Shown: positions 47,577 to 59,728 of the stretch, one piece after another
Position numbering within the stretch: position 1 is the first letter of the stretch
How the letters are laid out: each line of letters begins with the position of its first letter
Assembly: GCA_963674735.2 (NCBI GenBank)
Contig: CAXXQS010000002.1
Location: forward strand, 1,088,001-1,152,000
Length of the DNA stretch: 64,000 nucleotides
Direction: 5' to 3'
From: Myxococcota bacterium
Lineage (GTDB): Bacteria; Myxococcota_A; SURF-8
The notes under the pieces: generated by a model
Database searches by the model: none
The model's input: only the letters and a program-made list of their open reading frames with translations
Told to the model about the DNA's origin: nothing
Program-made: the position numbers and the translations under genes

Positions 47577-49378
47577 CGGCGTCCACCCCCGATCCAGGCA
47601 CGCGCCGGGTCGAGCGGTTCGAGCACCTCCCGTCGGGCCGACTCGCCGCCCGGCGCATAACGAGCCATCTCGATTCGCTCCAAAAGCGCCACGATTTCAA
47701 GGGCGCGGTCGGATTCCCAGCCGCTATTCTGCAGATGTTCCTGCAATTGATCGAGCGTCAGCCCCGATAACGACCGCCCTGCGGCAAAGGCGAGCTGCAA
47801 GTCGACCAGACGGCGTAAATCGGACCAGAAGGCCGGATCGTCGCCGCCGCTACGCGCGTTCAGATCTGCATATAATTGCTTGATTTCTTTTTCGATTCTG
47901 GCTTTCTCACCGTCGCGGAACAGGGGTGCGACCAGCCGCAGACCATCCACCAGCAAAACCAGCAGCACCAACCCCAACGGCCCCCAGAAGAGAACGAGGA
48001 ACGCCCCCGACCCGAAAAAGCGCCCATTGACGTTTTCGAGTTGCGCCGTGGGTCGCAGCGGTTTCAGCGCATCCTGTTCCACCGCCAACTGCTGTTTGGG
48101 CGTATAACCCGCGCCCCCGTCCACCGGACCGGCTTGCGTGGAAGGAGTCGCCCGAAAGCTCAGCTCGCGGGTGCGCAGCGTTGTGTAACGCCCTTGATCC
48201 ACATCGAAGGTCGCAAACTCGATGGGGGGAATGCGGTACCGCCCCGGCTTTTGCGGCACCAGCAGAATCTCGGCCGTCCGTCGCCCGGCCATACGCAGGC
48301 CGCGCTGATAAACATCGGTTTTTTCGGTCGGCGGATAAGCCTTGATATTACCCGGGTATGACGGCTGGGGCATGCGCACGCGCGTCACGTTGGCATCGCC
48401 GTCCAAGGTCACAGTCAGGGTAACCGGCTGGCCGACTTCGGTCTGGCGGCGGTCGAGCTGGGCGGCGAAACGAAAATGTCCGACATTCGCTTTGCTGAAA
48501 CCGGGCGGCATTCCCTCTTGCGGCAACGGTTTGACGGTCAGCGTGACCGGCGGAGCCGCGCGACCCGTCCAGCGTCCGCCGAAAAAGCCGTCACCGCTCA
48601 GGACTTTGAGTTGATAAGCCGGAATCCGCTGCTCACCCGCTTCTCGGGCGGTGAGCAGATGCCGATCGAGAGCTTTGACAGTGTAACTCATACGATTGAG
48701 AATCAGCGAGCGGCCCTCGTTGTCCTGGCCGATTTCCAGCCGTTCGGAGGAAAAACCGGGAAAACGCGGGTCGGCGGTCGGGGACCAGCGGCTGATCTGC
48801 ACACGGGTGTAAAGATAGAGCGTGATGGCCACCTGCTCGCCTTCATACACCTCCAACCGCTCGGGAATGAAGCGCGCGAAAAGATTGGAAGATTCGCTTT
48901 CCGACGGCGTCAGCGGCGCGGTCAGTCCGGCCTCGCCCGCCGCCGAGGGACCGGATGGGGCGGACAATTCCACCACCGTCACTTCCAGGCGATTGGACGA
49001 CACCCGGCGGCCGCGTTCTTTGAAAGAAGCCGGACCGAGAACAAACACCCCCGGCTTTCTGGGTTGAAGCTGGTAGGTGGTGGTGAGTGTCTTCTGGCTG
49101 GTCATCTTGAAGTTGACGATCTGCGTCACGTGCTGGGTGCTCGTATTGGAACCAAGCACTTTGAAGCCGGGCATGGCCGGGGGCGTCACCTCGCCCATGC
49201 TGCTTTCGTCCTCGATGGTAACCACCATGTCGAGACGGAGAAGATCTCCCATTACCAGACGCGTTTTATCGGCCTGCAGGCGGATGGTGTTTCCCGCCCA
49301 GGCCGGACTCGACACCAGAAACAGGCAGACGAAAAGCAGGGCGAGGGTCGAGATGTTTGGGGCACTGGGTCGCATCAT
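47573..49378 (-). CDS. batD: BatD family protein
   Basis: Signal, Ig-like repeats, VYEGEQ, VKPLP, VG.F, VGQPVTL; operon context. Confidence 0.85.
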   Translation of the reverse strand: MMRPSAPNISTLALLFVCLFLVSSPAWAGNTIRLQADKTRLVMGDLLRLDMVVTIEDESSMGEVTPPAMPGFKVLGSNTSTQHVTQIVNFKMTSQKTLTTTYQLQPRKPGVFVLGPASFKERGRRVSSNRLEVTVVELSAPSGPSAAGEAGLTAPLTPSESESSNLFARFIPERLEVYEGEQVAITLYLYTRVQISRWSPTADPRFPGFSSERLEIGQDNEGRSLILNRMSYTVKALDRHLLTAREAGEQRIPAYQLKVLSGDGFFGGRWTGRAAPPVTLTVKPLPQEGMPPGFSKANVGHFRFAAQLDRRQTEVGQPVTLTVTLDGDANVTRVRMPQPSYPGNIKAYPPTEKTDVYQRGLRMAGRRTAEILLVPQKPGRYRIPPIEFATFDVDQGRYTTLRTRELSFRATPSTQAGPVDGGAGYTPKQQLAVEQDALKPLRPTAQLENVNGRFFGSGAFLVLFWGPLGLVLLVLLVDGLRLVAPLFRDGEKARIEKEIKQLYADLNARSGGDDPAFWSDLRRLVDLQLAFAAGRSLSGLTLDQLQEHLQNSGWESDRALEIVALLERIEMARYAPGGESARREVLEPLDPARAWIGGGRR

Positions 49379-49396
49379 GTTCTGCTTAACTCCGGC

Positions 49397-50260
49397 CTAC
49401 CAGTCCTGTTCCATGTTACGCGGCTGGGCCTGCTCTAACATAAAGCGGTGCATCTGGAAAGCCTTTTCATCCTTGCGCAGCTTGTCGAGCAGCTCTTCGG
49501 CTTCGGATTTTTCGATGGGTTGGGCCTGGACTTCCTGGGCTTGCTGCTCTTGATCCGCAGCCCCGGACGGCTTTTGCTCGCCCTGCCCTTCTTGCTGCTG
49601 CTGTTGATCCTGCTGCTGTTGATCCTGCTGCTGCTGATCCTGCTGCTGTTGATCCTGCTGTTGCTGATCCTGCTGTTGCTGATCCTGCTGCTGTTGATCC
49701 TGCTGCTGTTGATCCTGCTGCTGCTGATCCTGCTGCTGCTGATCTTGTTGCTGCTGATCTTGTTGCTGCTGATCTTGATTCTGTTGGTCCTGATTCTCTT
49801 TTTGTTCTTGCTGTTTTTTCTTCTGCTCTTCCAGAACATGCTGAGCCAGTTCGAGGTTGAAGATGACATCGCGGTCGCCGGAAACCAATTTGAGCGACCG
49901 CTTGTAGCTGTCGATGGCCTCGGAAAGCTTACCCTGCTTGAGCAGCAGATTCCCCATGTTGTAGTAATTCTTGGCCTTCAGCGCATCGTCCGCACCGGTG
50001 AGCGCCTTGAGATAGGCTTCCATGGCCTCGTCGCTGTTGCCTTGTTTGGTCAGGGCGTTACCGCGGTTGTACTGCACCACCGGGTCGTCGCCGCGCTGCT
50101 CGGCCGCTCGATCGTAATGACCCAGCGCATCGGCATATTCCTGATCGGCATATTCGGCATTCCCGGCCGCGATCTCGGCGTCTTCGGCCTCGAACAGCGA
50201 GAAGCCCGACAAAATCAGCCAAGCCCCCGCCATCATGAAGATTCCCATACCCCGTGTCAT
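49397..50260 (-). CDS. batC: BatC-like TPR protein with Gln-rich linker
   Basis: YNRGN / YNMGN TPRs, NLELA, (DQQQQ)n, C-terminal EQDW. Confidence 0.85.
   Translation of the reverse strand: MTRGMGIFMMAGAWLILSGFSLFEAEDAEIAAGNAEYADQEYADALGHYDRAAEQRGDDPVVQYNRGNALTKQGNSDEAMEAYLKALTGADDALKAKNYYNMGNLLLKQGKLSEAIDSYKRSLKLVSGDRDVIFNLELAQHVLEEQKKKQQEQKENQDQQNQDQQQQDQQQQDQQQQDQQQQDQQQQDQQQQDQQQQDQQQQDQQQQDQQQQDQQQQDQQQQQEGQGEQKPSGAADQEQQAQEVQAQPIEKSEAEELLDKLRKDEKAFQMHRFMLEQAQPRNMEQDW
49592..49775 (-). repeat. About 12 x 15-bp coding repeat (DQQQQ)
   Basis: GATC recurs every 15 bp from 49606 to 49771. Confidence 0.9.
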
Positions 50261-51282
50261 GCGCGCACCCCCAGCCAGCGGCTGCCGCGCCGCTCGTCGA
50301 TCCAGGCCGCGGCCAATAACAGCAGAAACGCGGGCCACAGAAGCCACTGGAATTGCTCGTCATATTGCGTATAGAGCGCACTTTCGAACTGCAGTTTCTG
50401 CATCGTGGAGACGTAATCCTTCAACTCATCCAAACTGCCGCCCGCCTGCAGGCTCACGTAGCGCCCGCCGGTTTTGTCGGCGATGCGTCGCAGCACCGAT
50501 TCGTTCAGGCGGCTCATGACGGTCTTGCCGTCCTTGTCGCGATGATAACCCGCCATGTTGCCGTCGTCCCCGTATTCGGGAATGGGTTCACCGGAACTGG
50601 AACCGATCCCCACCACGAAAACGGGGATTTTGTCGGCGGCCAGCTTTTCCAACGCGCCATCCAGTTTTTCCCCGTGATCCTCGCCATCGGTCAACAGCAC
50701 CACCAGCCGCGAGCCGGAAACACCCTCATCGCCGGTCAGCAGTTTGTGCGAAAGTTCCAGGGCGTCGCCGATGGCCGTGCCCTGCACCGGAACATCGGCG
50801 GAGGAAGCGGATTTGAGGAACATGCGCGCGGCGGCGTAATCGGAGGTAAGCGGACTTTGCATGAAAGCCGCTCCGGCAAAGGATACCAGCCCGACGCGGT
50901 CGCCGCTGAGTTGATCGATCAAAGCCTGCAATTCGAGCTTGGCCCGCCGCAAACGACTGGGACGAATGTCTTTGACCGCCATGGAGCGCGAGACGTCCAG
51001 GGCAAAGAGCAGATCGATTCCTTCGCGCTTGACCAGCGTCGAACGACCGCCGATCTGCGGACGAGTCAAGGCCAGGATCAGCAACAGCAGCCCGAGAAAC
51101 AAACAGGCGGTTTTCAGTACCACTTTCCGGTCGGATACCTGCGCCGTCAGCAACTCCGCCAGAGCGGGTTCGGCCAGACGCTTGAGCCGAGCGGCCCGTT
51201 TGCGCATCATAGCCCACAGCACAAGCGCCAGAATGGGCAGTACAATCAAAAGCAAGCTGTATTCACCGGCAGCGAAACGCAT
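50257..51282 (-). CDS. batB: BatB vWA protein
   Basis: DVSRSM MIDAS, PLTSD, TDGEDH. Confidence 0.88.
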   Translation of the reverse strand: MRFAAGEYSLLLIVLPILALVLWAMMRKRAARLKRLAEPALAELLTAQVSDRKVVLKTACLFLGLLLLILALTRPQIGGRSTLVKREGIDLLFALDVSRSMAVKDIRPSRLRRAKLELQALIDQLSGDRVGLVSFAGAAFMQSPLTSDYAAARMFLKSASSADVPVQGTAIGDALELSHKLLTGDEGVSGSRLVVLLTDGEDHGEKLDGALEKLAADKIPVFVVGIGSSSGEPIPEYGDDGNMAGYHRDKDGKTVMSRLNESVLRRIADKTGGRYVSLQAGGSLDELKDYVSTMQKLQFESALYTQYDEQFQWLLWPAFLLLLAAAWIDERRGSRWLGVRA

Positions 51283-51312
51283 CCGGGATATCTCCTCAGT
51301 CCACGAAAATCA

Positions 51313-52314
51313 TTATGGAAATTTCCTCAACCACAAGGCCCGCAACAGCAGGTCCAACACCAACAGACAAAAGGCGATCAAAGCGAAGGGACTGTAAGCC
51401 TCCTCCACCATAGTAAACTCCTCGCCCGGCAGCTCGGTGGTTTCCATGCGGTCGATTTCGTCGAATATCTTCTTAAGTGCAGCGGAATCACCGGCCACGA
51501 AAAACGAGCCCTTGGTGGTGTCGGCGATGGATCTCAGCAACTCCGGGTTCACCGGGACTTGCACCTGCTGAACCTGGGTGACGATCTCGCCGGTAAAGGG
51601 ATTGCGGCCTCGGGCCGGGTAGGGCACCACACCGCCGCGTCCCACCTGGATGGTGTGCACGCGCACGTTGAATTCGGCGGCCAGTTCGGCCGCCTTCAGC
51701 GGTTCCACCGACCCACGGTTGTTCGAGCCATCGGTAAGCAGGACCACCACCTTGCTTTTCGCCTCCGAATCGCGCAGGCGGTTGACACTCGTCGCCAGGG
51801 CGTCGCCGATAGCCGTTCCGTCGGCAATCACTTCCATGCGCACGCTGTTGATGATGTTCAGCAGCACCGAGTGGTCGAGGGTCAGCGGGCATTGCGTGAA
51901 GGCCTCGCCCGCGAACACCACCAGGCCCACGCGGTCGTTGGTACGTCCCTTGACGAAATCGGCGATGGTCTGGCGCGCCACGGTGAAACGGTCGGCCGGT
52001 TCGAAATCGAGGGCCATCATGGAGGTGGAAATATCGAACGCGATAATGATATCGAGACCTTCGCGCTTGATCGGAACTTCGTCCGACGGCACTTGCGGCC
52101 GCGCCAGCGCCAGAACGAGCAGCAGCAGCGCAACAAAACGCAGCACGGCCGGAATCCAGCGCAGACGCACCTTGAGCGACGGCTCCACCACCCGTCCGGG
52201 AAAAGCCGGGAAGGGCAGGGGGGCCATGCGTCGCCGTTCGCGCACAAACTCCAGCACGATCCAGATCAGGATCGGGATGCCCCCCAGCAGCGCCCACGGA
52301 TGTGCGAATTCCAA
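51313..52314 (-). CDS. batA: BatA vWA protein
   Basis: ALARPQ, DISTSM, CPLTLD, GTAIGD, LTDGSNN. Confidence 0.9.
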   Translation of the reverse strand: MEFAHPWALLGGIPILIWIVLEFVRERRRMAPLPFPAFPGRVVEPSLKVRLRWIPAVLRFVALLLLVLALARPQVPSDEVPIKREGLDIIIAFDISTSMMALDFEPADRFTVARQTIADFVKGRTNDRVGLVVFAGEAFTQCPLTLDHSVLLNIINSVRMEVIADGTAIGDALATSVNRLRDSEAKSKVVVLLTDGSNNRGSVEPLKAAELAAEFNVRVHTIQVGRGGVVPYPARGRNPFTGEIVTQVQQVQVPVNPELLRSIADTTKGSFFVAGDSAALKKIFDEIDRMETTELPGEEFTMVEEAYSPFALIAFCLLVLDLLLRALWLRKFP

Positions 52315-52329
52315 CCGATTTCTCCTCTA

Positions 52330-53601
52330 TTATCCGGCTTTTACACCCGACGTGGTCTCCCCTTCACGGGTGCGCTCCACGATCAGACGCGCCGTTTCCA
52401 GTCGCTCGAAGCAGGCCACATCCTGCGGCTCATCCTTGGCGAAAAGCACCAGATCACAGGTGTACAGCAATTCCGCCACCACATGTTCGTCCAGGTCACG
52501 CAGGTAAAGCTTCTTCAATTCCCCGGCAATCTCGCCCGAAGTCATGGACAGCGCATCGCGCAGGTTGTAGCGCCGAGCGAAATAGCCGCGCAGAATCTCG
52601 GAAATCCGTTGGTGATAGTCCTTGATCCGGCGTTTGGCCACCAGCTTTTCCGATTCCAACAACCGGAAAGCCTCCAGCGCAATCACATGCGCCGGACGAT
52701 CATCGACGATCACCGCTTCATGGATGACGACTTCCCGGTTTTGCAATCTGCGTAAAATAAACCAAACCAGCAAGCCCGCCACAATCAGTCCGAGCAAAAC
52801 GCCCAGAACGATCAACAGAGTGTAATCCTTGTAGATTCGCGTTTCCGGCCCTTTGATGTCGCGCGGAGCGAGCTTGACGCCCTGCGGTTCCGGCGCTCCG
52901 GCGGGTTGTCCCGCGACGCCCGAACGCGGTTGGCCGGACGCGCCCGGCTGACCCGGTTGACCCCCCGCCTGACCGGGAACGTTCAAAGTCATGGCCGGGG
53001 CCTGCTGCGAGGGGTCCACGATTTTCGCTCCACCAGGAGCGGCGGCCTGCGGATTTGGGGTTCCGCTCCCCGCTTGTTGGTCACGCGCCTGTTGCAGGGC
53101 CAGCTTGCGGGCTTCTTCCTGCAACAGCGACTTGACGGTGACGCGCATGCGGTCGGTTTTGCGTTCCTCATCGGCGCTCGCCCGGCGCACCACGAAGCGC
53201 TGCGGTTCCAAATCCTGCTGACCCGCCTTGAAATGCGTCAAAACGAAACGGTGGGTGACGATATGGCGGCCGTCTTCCTCGGCGCTCTGGCGCGTGCGTT
53301 CGACCAACTCGAAATCGCCCAGCTTCAAGCCACCCGCCACGTCGGCGGCGAAAGGGCGCGCAGCGGAGAAGGTGACCGTCAAGGTGATGGGGTCGCCCGG
53401 ATAGACTTCGCGGGGCGACAGATGCGCTTTCATCGTGATATCGGAAAGATCGGCCGGCGGCGGCGTCTCTTTGGCGGAAGCGGTCGGCGCGTCTTCGGCA
53501 GGAGCGGTCGGCGCGTCTTCGGCCCACGCGCTCAAGCCACCCAGACTGACCAGCATCCACGTAAGCAGGATTCTGCCGATTGTGCGAAATCCGGACTGCA
53601 T
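52330..53601 (-). CDS. Bat-operon membrane protein
   Basis: Signal, Ig-like domain, DIKGP-TM, MTS.E, DLVLFAK. Confidence 0.75.
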   Translation of the reverse strand: MQSGFRTIGRILLTWMLVSLGGLSAWAEDAPTAPAEDAPTASAKETPPPADLSDITMKAHLSPREVYPGDPITLTVTFSAARPFAADVAGGLKLGDFELVERTRQSAEEDGRHIVTHRFVLTHFKAGQQDLEPQRFVVRRASADEERKTDRMRVTVKSLLQEEARKLALQQARDQQAGSGTPNPQAAAPGGAKIVDPSQQAPAMTLNVPGQAGGQPGQPGASGQPRSGVAGQPAGAPEPQGVKLAPRDIKGPETRIYKDYTLLIVLGVLLGLIVAGLLVWFILRRLQNREVVIHEAVIVDDRPAHVIALEAFRLLESEKLVAKRRIKDYHQRISEILRGYFARRYNLRDALSMTSGEIAGELKKLYLRDLDEHVVAELLYTCDLVLFAKDEPQDVACFERLETARLIVERTREGETTSGVKAG

Positions 53602-53623
53602 CGCCGTTTTGTCGCTCCTTCGT

Positions 53624-54523
53624 TTAAGACCGCGCCGCGCGGCGGCGGAAAAAGGCCACCAGCATGGGAATGTAGTCTTCCCCGCAGGTAACCCGGATCA
53701 TCTCCATCTTGTGACGGCGCGTCATGTGCTGAAATTCCTCATCGAAGGCACGCCAACTTTCTTCAAACATGCGCCGGGTGCGCGCGTCCGAGGTATCGAG
53801 CCAGACCACACGGCCCGTCTCGGGGTCTTCCACCGGCATCAAGCCGACATCCGGCAGATGCTCCTCGGCGCGGTCGCGCACCAGAATCCCCACCAGGTCG
53901 TGCTTGCGACGCACGACACGCAGACCTTCCTCGAAACCCTGCGCCATGAAATCGGAGATCACGAAGACCACCGAACGGCGCAGCTTGAGTTTCGACAGAT
54001 ACATCAAGGCCGCGTTGAGATCCGTGCCGCGATGCTCGGGTTCGTAGGACAGGATGTCGTCCACCACGCGCAAGACATGCTTGCGGCCCTTTTTCGGTAG
54101 GATCACTTTCTCAACGCGGTCGGTAAACAGAATCAAGCCGACTTTGTCGCTGTTACGGATGGCCGAGAAAGCCAGCAACGCCGACAATTCGGCCGCCAGT
54201 TCCAGCTTGGATTGCCCCCGAGTGCCGAAACGTCCCGAGGCGGAGCCGTCCACCAGCAACATGACGGTGAGTTCGCGTTCTTCGTGATACTGACGCACGT
54301 AGGCGTCGCGGGCACGGGCGGTGACGTTCCAGTCGATCGTGCGCACGTCGTCGCCGGGCGAGTAGGGGCGCACCTGGTCGAACTCGATCCCGCGTCCCTT
54401 GAAAACGCTGTGGTATTGCCCGGCCAGCGTATCGTTGACCACCCGGTTGGTGGTGATCTCGATGGCCCGGAGTTTGGCGGCGCGTTTCCGCCGCTCATCC
54501 TGCTTGGCTGCGCGCTCCGACAT
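53624..54523 (-). CDS. DUF58 protein
   Basis: G.YHSVFKGRGIEF..VR.Y.PGDDVR.IDWN. Confidence 0.92.
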   Translation of the reverse strand: MSERAAKQDERRKRAAKLRAIEITTNRVVNDTLAGQYHSVFKGRGIEFDQVRPYSPGDDVRTIDWNVTARARDAYVRQYHEERELTVMLLVDGSASGRFGTRGQSKLELAAELSALLAFSAIRNSDKVGLILFTDRVEKVILPKKGRKHVLRVVDDILSYEPEHRGTDLNAALMYLSKLKLRRSVVFVISDFMAQGFEEGLRVVRRKHDLVGILVRDRAEEHLPDVGLMPVEDPETGRVVWLDTSDARTRRMFEESWRAFDEEFQHMTRRHKMEMIRVTCGEDYIPMLVAFFRRRAARS

Positions 54524-54532
54524 CACCGCTCC

Positions 54533-55561
<1,029 letters not shown>

Positions 55562-55802
55562 TTACAATCCTCCCAGCCATCCATGGACGCAAAACGGCGC
55601 TCCCTTGATGAGCGCCCGGCGCGTCTGATTGCAGGGCTCCTATACCACACCCTGCGTGTCGGGTACAACCAAAAGCGGCGGGGAGTTATTCCGGGGAAAA
55701 AGTTTGAATAACGAAAATACGAGGAAAATGGGAATCTCCCCTCCAATCAATATAACCCCCGGAGCTTCTTCTCGAAAACGCACCGACTTTCCAAACTTTT
55801 TC

Positions 55803-55832
55803 TTGACAATTTTCAAACTCGGGGCCTATATT
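55803..55832 (+). promoter_or_regulatory. Sigma70-type promoter of tRNA-Arg/tadA
   Basis: TTGACA-N18-TATATT. Confidence 0.55.
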
Positions 55833-55898
55833 CTTGGGCCTTGAAGTTTGGTCTTTATAAATTCGATTTGCATGGTTCCCCGAAAGGGGTTCAGAGGT

Positions 55899-55975
55899 GC
55901 GCCCATAGCTCAACTGGATAGAGCATCGGACTACGAATCCGAAGGTTAGAGGTTCGAATCCTCTTGGGCGTACCA
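55899..55975 (+). tRNA. tRNA-Arg(ACG)
   Basis: GCGCCCA acceptor, TCGGA-CTACGAA-TCCGA anticodon arm, GGTTCGAATCC, CCA. Confidence 0.96.
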
Positions 55976-56001
55976 TTTTTTTGTGCTTGCGGGAAACGAT
56001 C

Positions 56002-56463
<462 letters not shown>

Positions 56464-56516
56464 TACGTACCGCCGATACTTCGGCGGCCGGTTCTTTTGA
56501 CAATTCAACACCTTGC

Positions 56517-56605
56517 GGAGAGATGGCCGAGCGGTTGAAGGCGCATGATTCGAAATCATGTGTGCCCTACGGGTACCCTGGGTTCGAATCCCAGTCTCTC
56601 CGCCA
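56517..56605 (+). tRNA. tRNA-Ser(CGA)
   Basis: GGAGAGA acceptor, CATGA-TTCGAAA-TCATG, long variable arm, GCCA. Confidence 0.95.
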
Positions 56606-56649
56606 TTTTTGCCATCCAAGGTCCGCAAGGGCTTTTGCCTTATTTTCGA

Positions 56650-56740
<91 letters not shown>

Positions 56741-56774
56741 TTCGATTTTCCGAACCTGTCTCGCAGGTTCCTTA

Positions 56775-56878
56775 TGGCAACCGGGTCCCGTGCGGCGGAG
56801 CCTGCGAACCGCGTCAGGTCCGAAAGGAAGCAGCGCTAAGCAGTTTACTCCGGGTGCCACGGGGTTACCCGGTTGCCA
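56775..56878 (+). ncRNA. ffs: Signal recognition particle RNA (small, 4.5S)
   Basis: CAGGTCCGAAAGGAAGCAGC domain IV in long hairpin TGGCAACCGGG..CCCGGTTGCCA; upstream of dnaX. Confidence 0.92.
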
Positions 56879-56942
56879 CCCTTTTTTCCCCGTGCTATAC
56901 TTCCGCCCACTTTGAACCGTAACCGCAGGAGCGTCGACGGCC

Positions 56943-58769
56943 ATGTCTTATCTTGTGCTCGCCCGCAAATACCGACCCGCCGGTTTTGACGAAATCATCG
57001 GGCAGGAACACGTCACCCGCACGCTCAGAAACGCCATCAACAAGGGCAAGATTCATCACGCGTTCCTGTTCACCGGCACCCGCGGCGTGGGAAAAACAAC
57101 CACCGCACGCGTGCTGGCCAAGGCTCTGTGCTGTCTGAGCAGCGACGGCCCCACCGACGAGCCGTGCCATACCTGCGCCGCTTGCACCGCCATCAGCCAC
57201 GGACAATCGGTGGACGTCTCCGAGATCGATGGTGCGTCCAACAACAGCGTAAACGATATCCGCGACCTGCGCGACAACGTGCAATACCGTCCGCAGCAGG
57301 CACGCTTCAAGATCTACATCATCGATGAAGTGCACATGCTCAGCACCTCGGCCTTCAACGCCCTGTTGAAGACCCTGGAAGAGCCGCCCGATCACGTCAA
57401 ATTCATCTTCGCCACAACCGAATCGCACAAGATCCCGCAAACCATCCTTTCGCGCTGCCAACGATACGACTTCAAGGCCGTCCCCTCCGTCGAGTTGGCC
57501 GGATTCCTTAAGGATTTGATCGGACGCGAAGGCGTGGGCATCGCCGACGCCGCCCTGAAAACCGTCGTCCGCCTGGCCCGTGGCTCGGTGCGCGACGCCC
57601 TGTCGCTGATGGACGCCGTCATCGCCTACGCGGGCGAAACGATCAGTGAAGAAGACGTACGCGTGGTGCTGGGACTGGCCGATGCCGCCGTCTTCGAGCG
57701 CATCACCGCCGCGCTGATCAAACGCGACGCCCCGGCCGTCTTCGCGGCGGTCGGCGAACTGGTCGACTACGGCCACGACCTGCGGCAGTTCGGAGCCGAC
57801 TTCCTCGAATACCTGCGCGACGCCGTCATGTTGGCGTTCAACCGCCAATCCGGCTCGACGCTCGAACGCGCCGATTCCGAGCTCCAGCAGCTCAAACGCT
57901 TCGCCGGCGACGCGCAGCCGGCGGAATGGGTCGCCTGGTTCGATTTGATGGTGGAGGGACAAGAGCGCATCGCCCGTTCCGAACGCGCCCGCATCATGTT
58001 GGAACTGACGCTGGCTAAAATGCTGCAAGTCGGCCGTATACGCGATATCGACGAATTGCTGGCGGGCCTGAATCGCCTGACCGGTGGACAAGGCAACGCC
58101 CCGGCCGCTTCGCGCGGACCGGCCCGCCGACCGGCACCCGGCTCCGCCACACGAAGCGAAAGCCCGACGCCCGCCCCGAAAGCGGAAAGCGCGGCCCCGG
58201 CCGTTCCGTCGGACGAGCCGCCTCCCCCCGACGACGCCGACGCCTTTTCCAACCGCACCGCCCCGACGCCGCCGATTGACCTGGCCGAACGACGCCAGCA
58301 GGCCGCGCCGAACGAGCCTTCCGCAATTGCGCCGCCCACCTCCATCCCAACCGATTGGGAGAGTCTGGTGGACGCCTTCAAGGGTCAATCGCGCAGCCTG
58401 TGGAGCCTCATGCGGCAGGTGGGTCTGTTGGAATTTTCGCCCACCCGCATTCGGCTTGAAGCGCCGCGCGGCAGCCGCGCCTTACAGCAGCTCGGACACG
58501 GAGAAGGCAAGCGTCGCTTCGAAGCACAATTACGCGAAATAATGGGAGAATCCCTGGTCGTCGACCTGCGTGAAGCCGAAGGCGAAAAGCCGGGCGCGTT
58601 GTCCATTGCCGAGAAAGAACGGCAGCAGGAGACGGCCCAACGCAACGCCGCCATTAAAAAAGGAAAAGCGGACCCCACCGTGCGCCTGATCCGCGAAGTG
58701 TTCGGCGGCGGCGAGGTCCACGTCCGCTCTCTCGAAAACACGAAGAAAGCAAACGGTAACGGAAACTGA
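56943..58769 (+). CDS. dnaX: DNA polymerase III gamma/tau
   Basis: LARKYRP, GTRGVGKTT, EIDGASN, DEVHML, SRCQ. Confidence 0.97.
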   Translation: MSYLVLARKYRPAGFDEIIGQEHVTRTLRNAINKGKIHHAFLFTGTRGVGKTTTARVLAKALCCLSSDGPTDEPCHTCAACTAISHGQSVDVSEIDGASNNSVNDIRDLRDNVQYRPQQARFKIYIIDEVHMLSTSAFNALLKTLEEPPDHVKFIFATTESHKIPQTILSRCQRYDFKAVPSVELAGFLKDLIGREGVGIADAALKTVVRLARGSVRDALSLMDAVIAYAGETISEEDVRVVLGLADAAVFERITAALIKRDAPAVFAAVGELVDYGHDLRQFGADFLEYLRDAVMLAFNRQSGSTLERADSELQQLKRFAGDAQPAEWVAWFDLMVEGQERIARSERARIMLELTLAKMLQVGRIRDIDELLAGLNRLTGGQGNAPAASRGPARRPAPGSATRSESPTPAPKAESAAPAVPSDEPPPPDDADAFSNRTAPTPPIDLAERRQQAAPNEPSAIAPPTSIPTDWESLVDAFKGQSRSLWSLMRQVGLLEFSPTRIRLEAPRGSRALQQLGHGEGKRRFEAQLREIMGESLVVDLREAEGEKPGALSIAEKERQQETAQRNAAIKKGKADPTVRLIREVFGGGEVHVRSLENTKKANGNGN

Positions 58770-58790
58770 TCCAAGCAAGGAGTCCAGGCC

Positions 58791-59105
58791 ATGAAAGGCA
58801 ACATGAACCAGTTGATGCGGCAGGCTCAGCAGATGCAGAGCAAGCTGGCGAAAATGCAGCAGGAACTCTCCAATGAAACGGCCGAGGGACAGGCCGGTGG
58901 CGGCATGGTGACGGCGGTCATGAACGGCAAGCACCAGCTGCTCGAAATCCGACTCGAAAAAGACGTGGTGGACCCGGAAGACATCGAAATGCTGCAGGAT
59001 CTGATCGTGGCGGCCGTCAACCAGGCGTCGAACAATATCCAGGATAAAATGAACGCCGAAATGAGCAAGGTCACCGGCGGGATGAAAATCCCCGGACTCT
59101 TCTGA
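58791..59105 (+). CDS. ybaB: YbaB/EbfC nucleoid-associated protein
   Basis: QAQQMQ, GGGMV, D.EMLQDLI.AA.N. Confidence 0.95.
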   Translation: MKGNMNQLMRQAQQMQSKLAKMQQELSNETAEGQAGGGMVTAVMNGKHQLLEIRLEKDVVDPEDIEMLQDLIVAAVNQASNNIQDKMNAEMSKVTGGMKIPGLF

Positions 59106-59110
59106 TCCGC

Positions 59111-59710
59111 ATGAGCTTTCACGATCCCATCGCCCTGCTGATCCACCAGTTGTCGCGCCTGCCCGGTGTCGGACGTAAATCGGCGACACGACTCGCCTAT
59201 TTTATCCTGCGCCAGAACGATGGCTACGCCGAACGCCTGGCGGAAACCTTGACGGCCGCCCAAAATGAGGTGTGCCTGTGCGCCGTCTGCGGAAATCTCA
59301 CGCCCCAGGATCCCTGCGTTATCTGCCGCGATACGACCCGCAACCCCGGCCTGCTGTGCGTCGTCGAGCAGGTTCCGGATCTGATGGCGGTGGAAGCCAC
59401 CGGCGAATTCAAAGGCATCTACCACGTTTTGCAGGGGGTGATTTCACCGCTAAACGGCGTGGGGCCCGAAGATCTGCGCTTGGCGGAGCTGATGGAACGC
59501 GCGCGCGGCACCGGCATACACGAAATCATCGTCGCCACCAATCCCACCGTGGACGGCGAGGCAACCGCGCTCTACATCAAACGACTGTTGGCTGAAGAAC
59601 CGGTGCGGGTCACGCGGCTCGCCTCGGGCATGCCGGTGGGCTCCGATCTCGAATACCTCGATCCGGCCACCATCACGCGCGCCCTCACCGGACGGCGGGA
59701 AATCGCCTAA
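59111..59710 (+). CDS. recR: Recombination mediator RecR
   Basis: LPGVGRKSA.R, C4 zinc finger, ATNPTVDGEATA. Confidence 0.97.
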   Translation: MSFHDPIALLIHQLSRLPGVGRKSATRLAYFILRQNDGYAERLAETLTAAQNEVCLCAVCGNLTPQDPCVICRDTTRNPGLLCVVEQVPDLMAVEATGEFKGIYHVLQGVISPLNGVGPEDLRLAELMERARGTGIHEIIVATNPTVDGEATALYIKRLLAEEPVRVTRLASGMPVGSDLEYLDPATITRALTGRREIA

Positions 59711-59728
59711 CCGCTCGATATCGATGGA

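Noticed and set aside
49448-50374. Leu-rich 'membrane protein' on + strand
   Set aside because: Reverse complement of the DQQQQ repeat in batC
50353-52755. Long antisense ORFs (also 18091-19476, 21342-22907, 34822-36228, 54212-55711, 56895-58388)
   Set aside because: Shadow frames of well-supported genes in high-GC DNA, with no motifs
58654-58668. dnaX gamma frameshift site
   Set aside because: The A run reads ATT AAA AAA GGA, not A_AAA_AAG in phase, and lies too near the C-terminus
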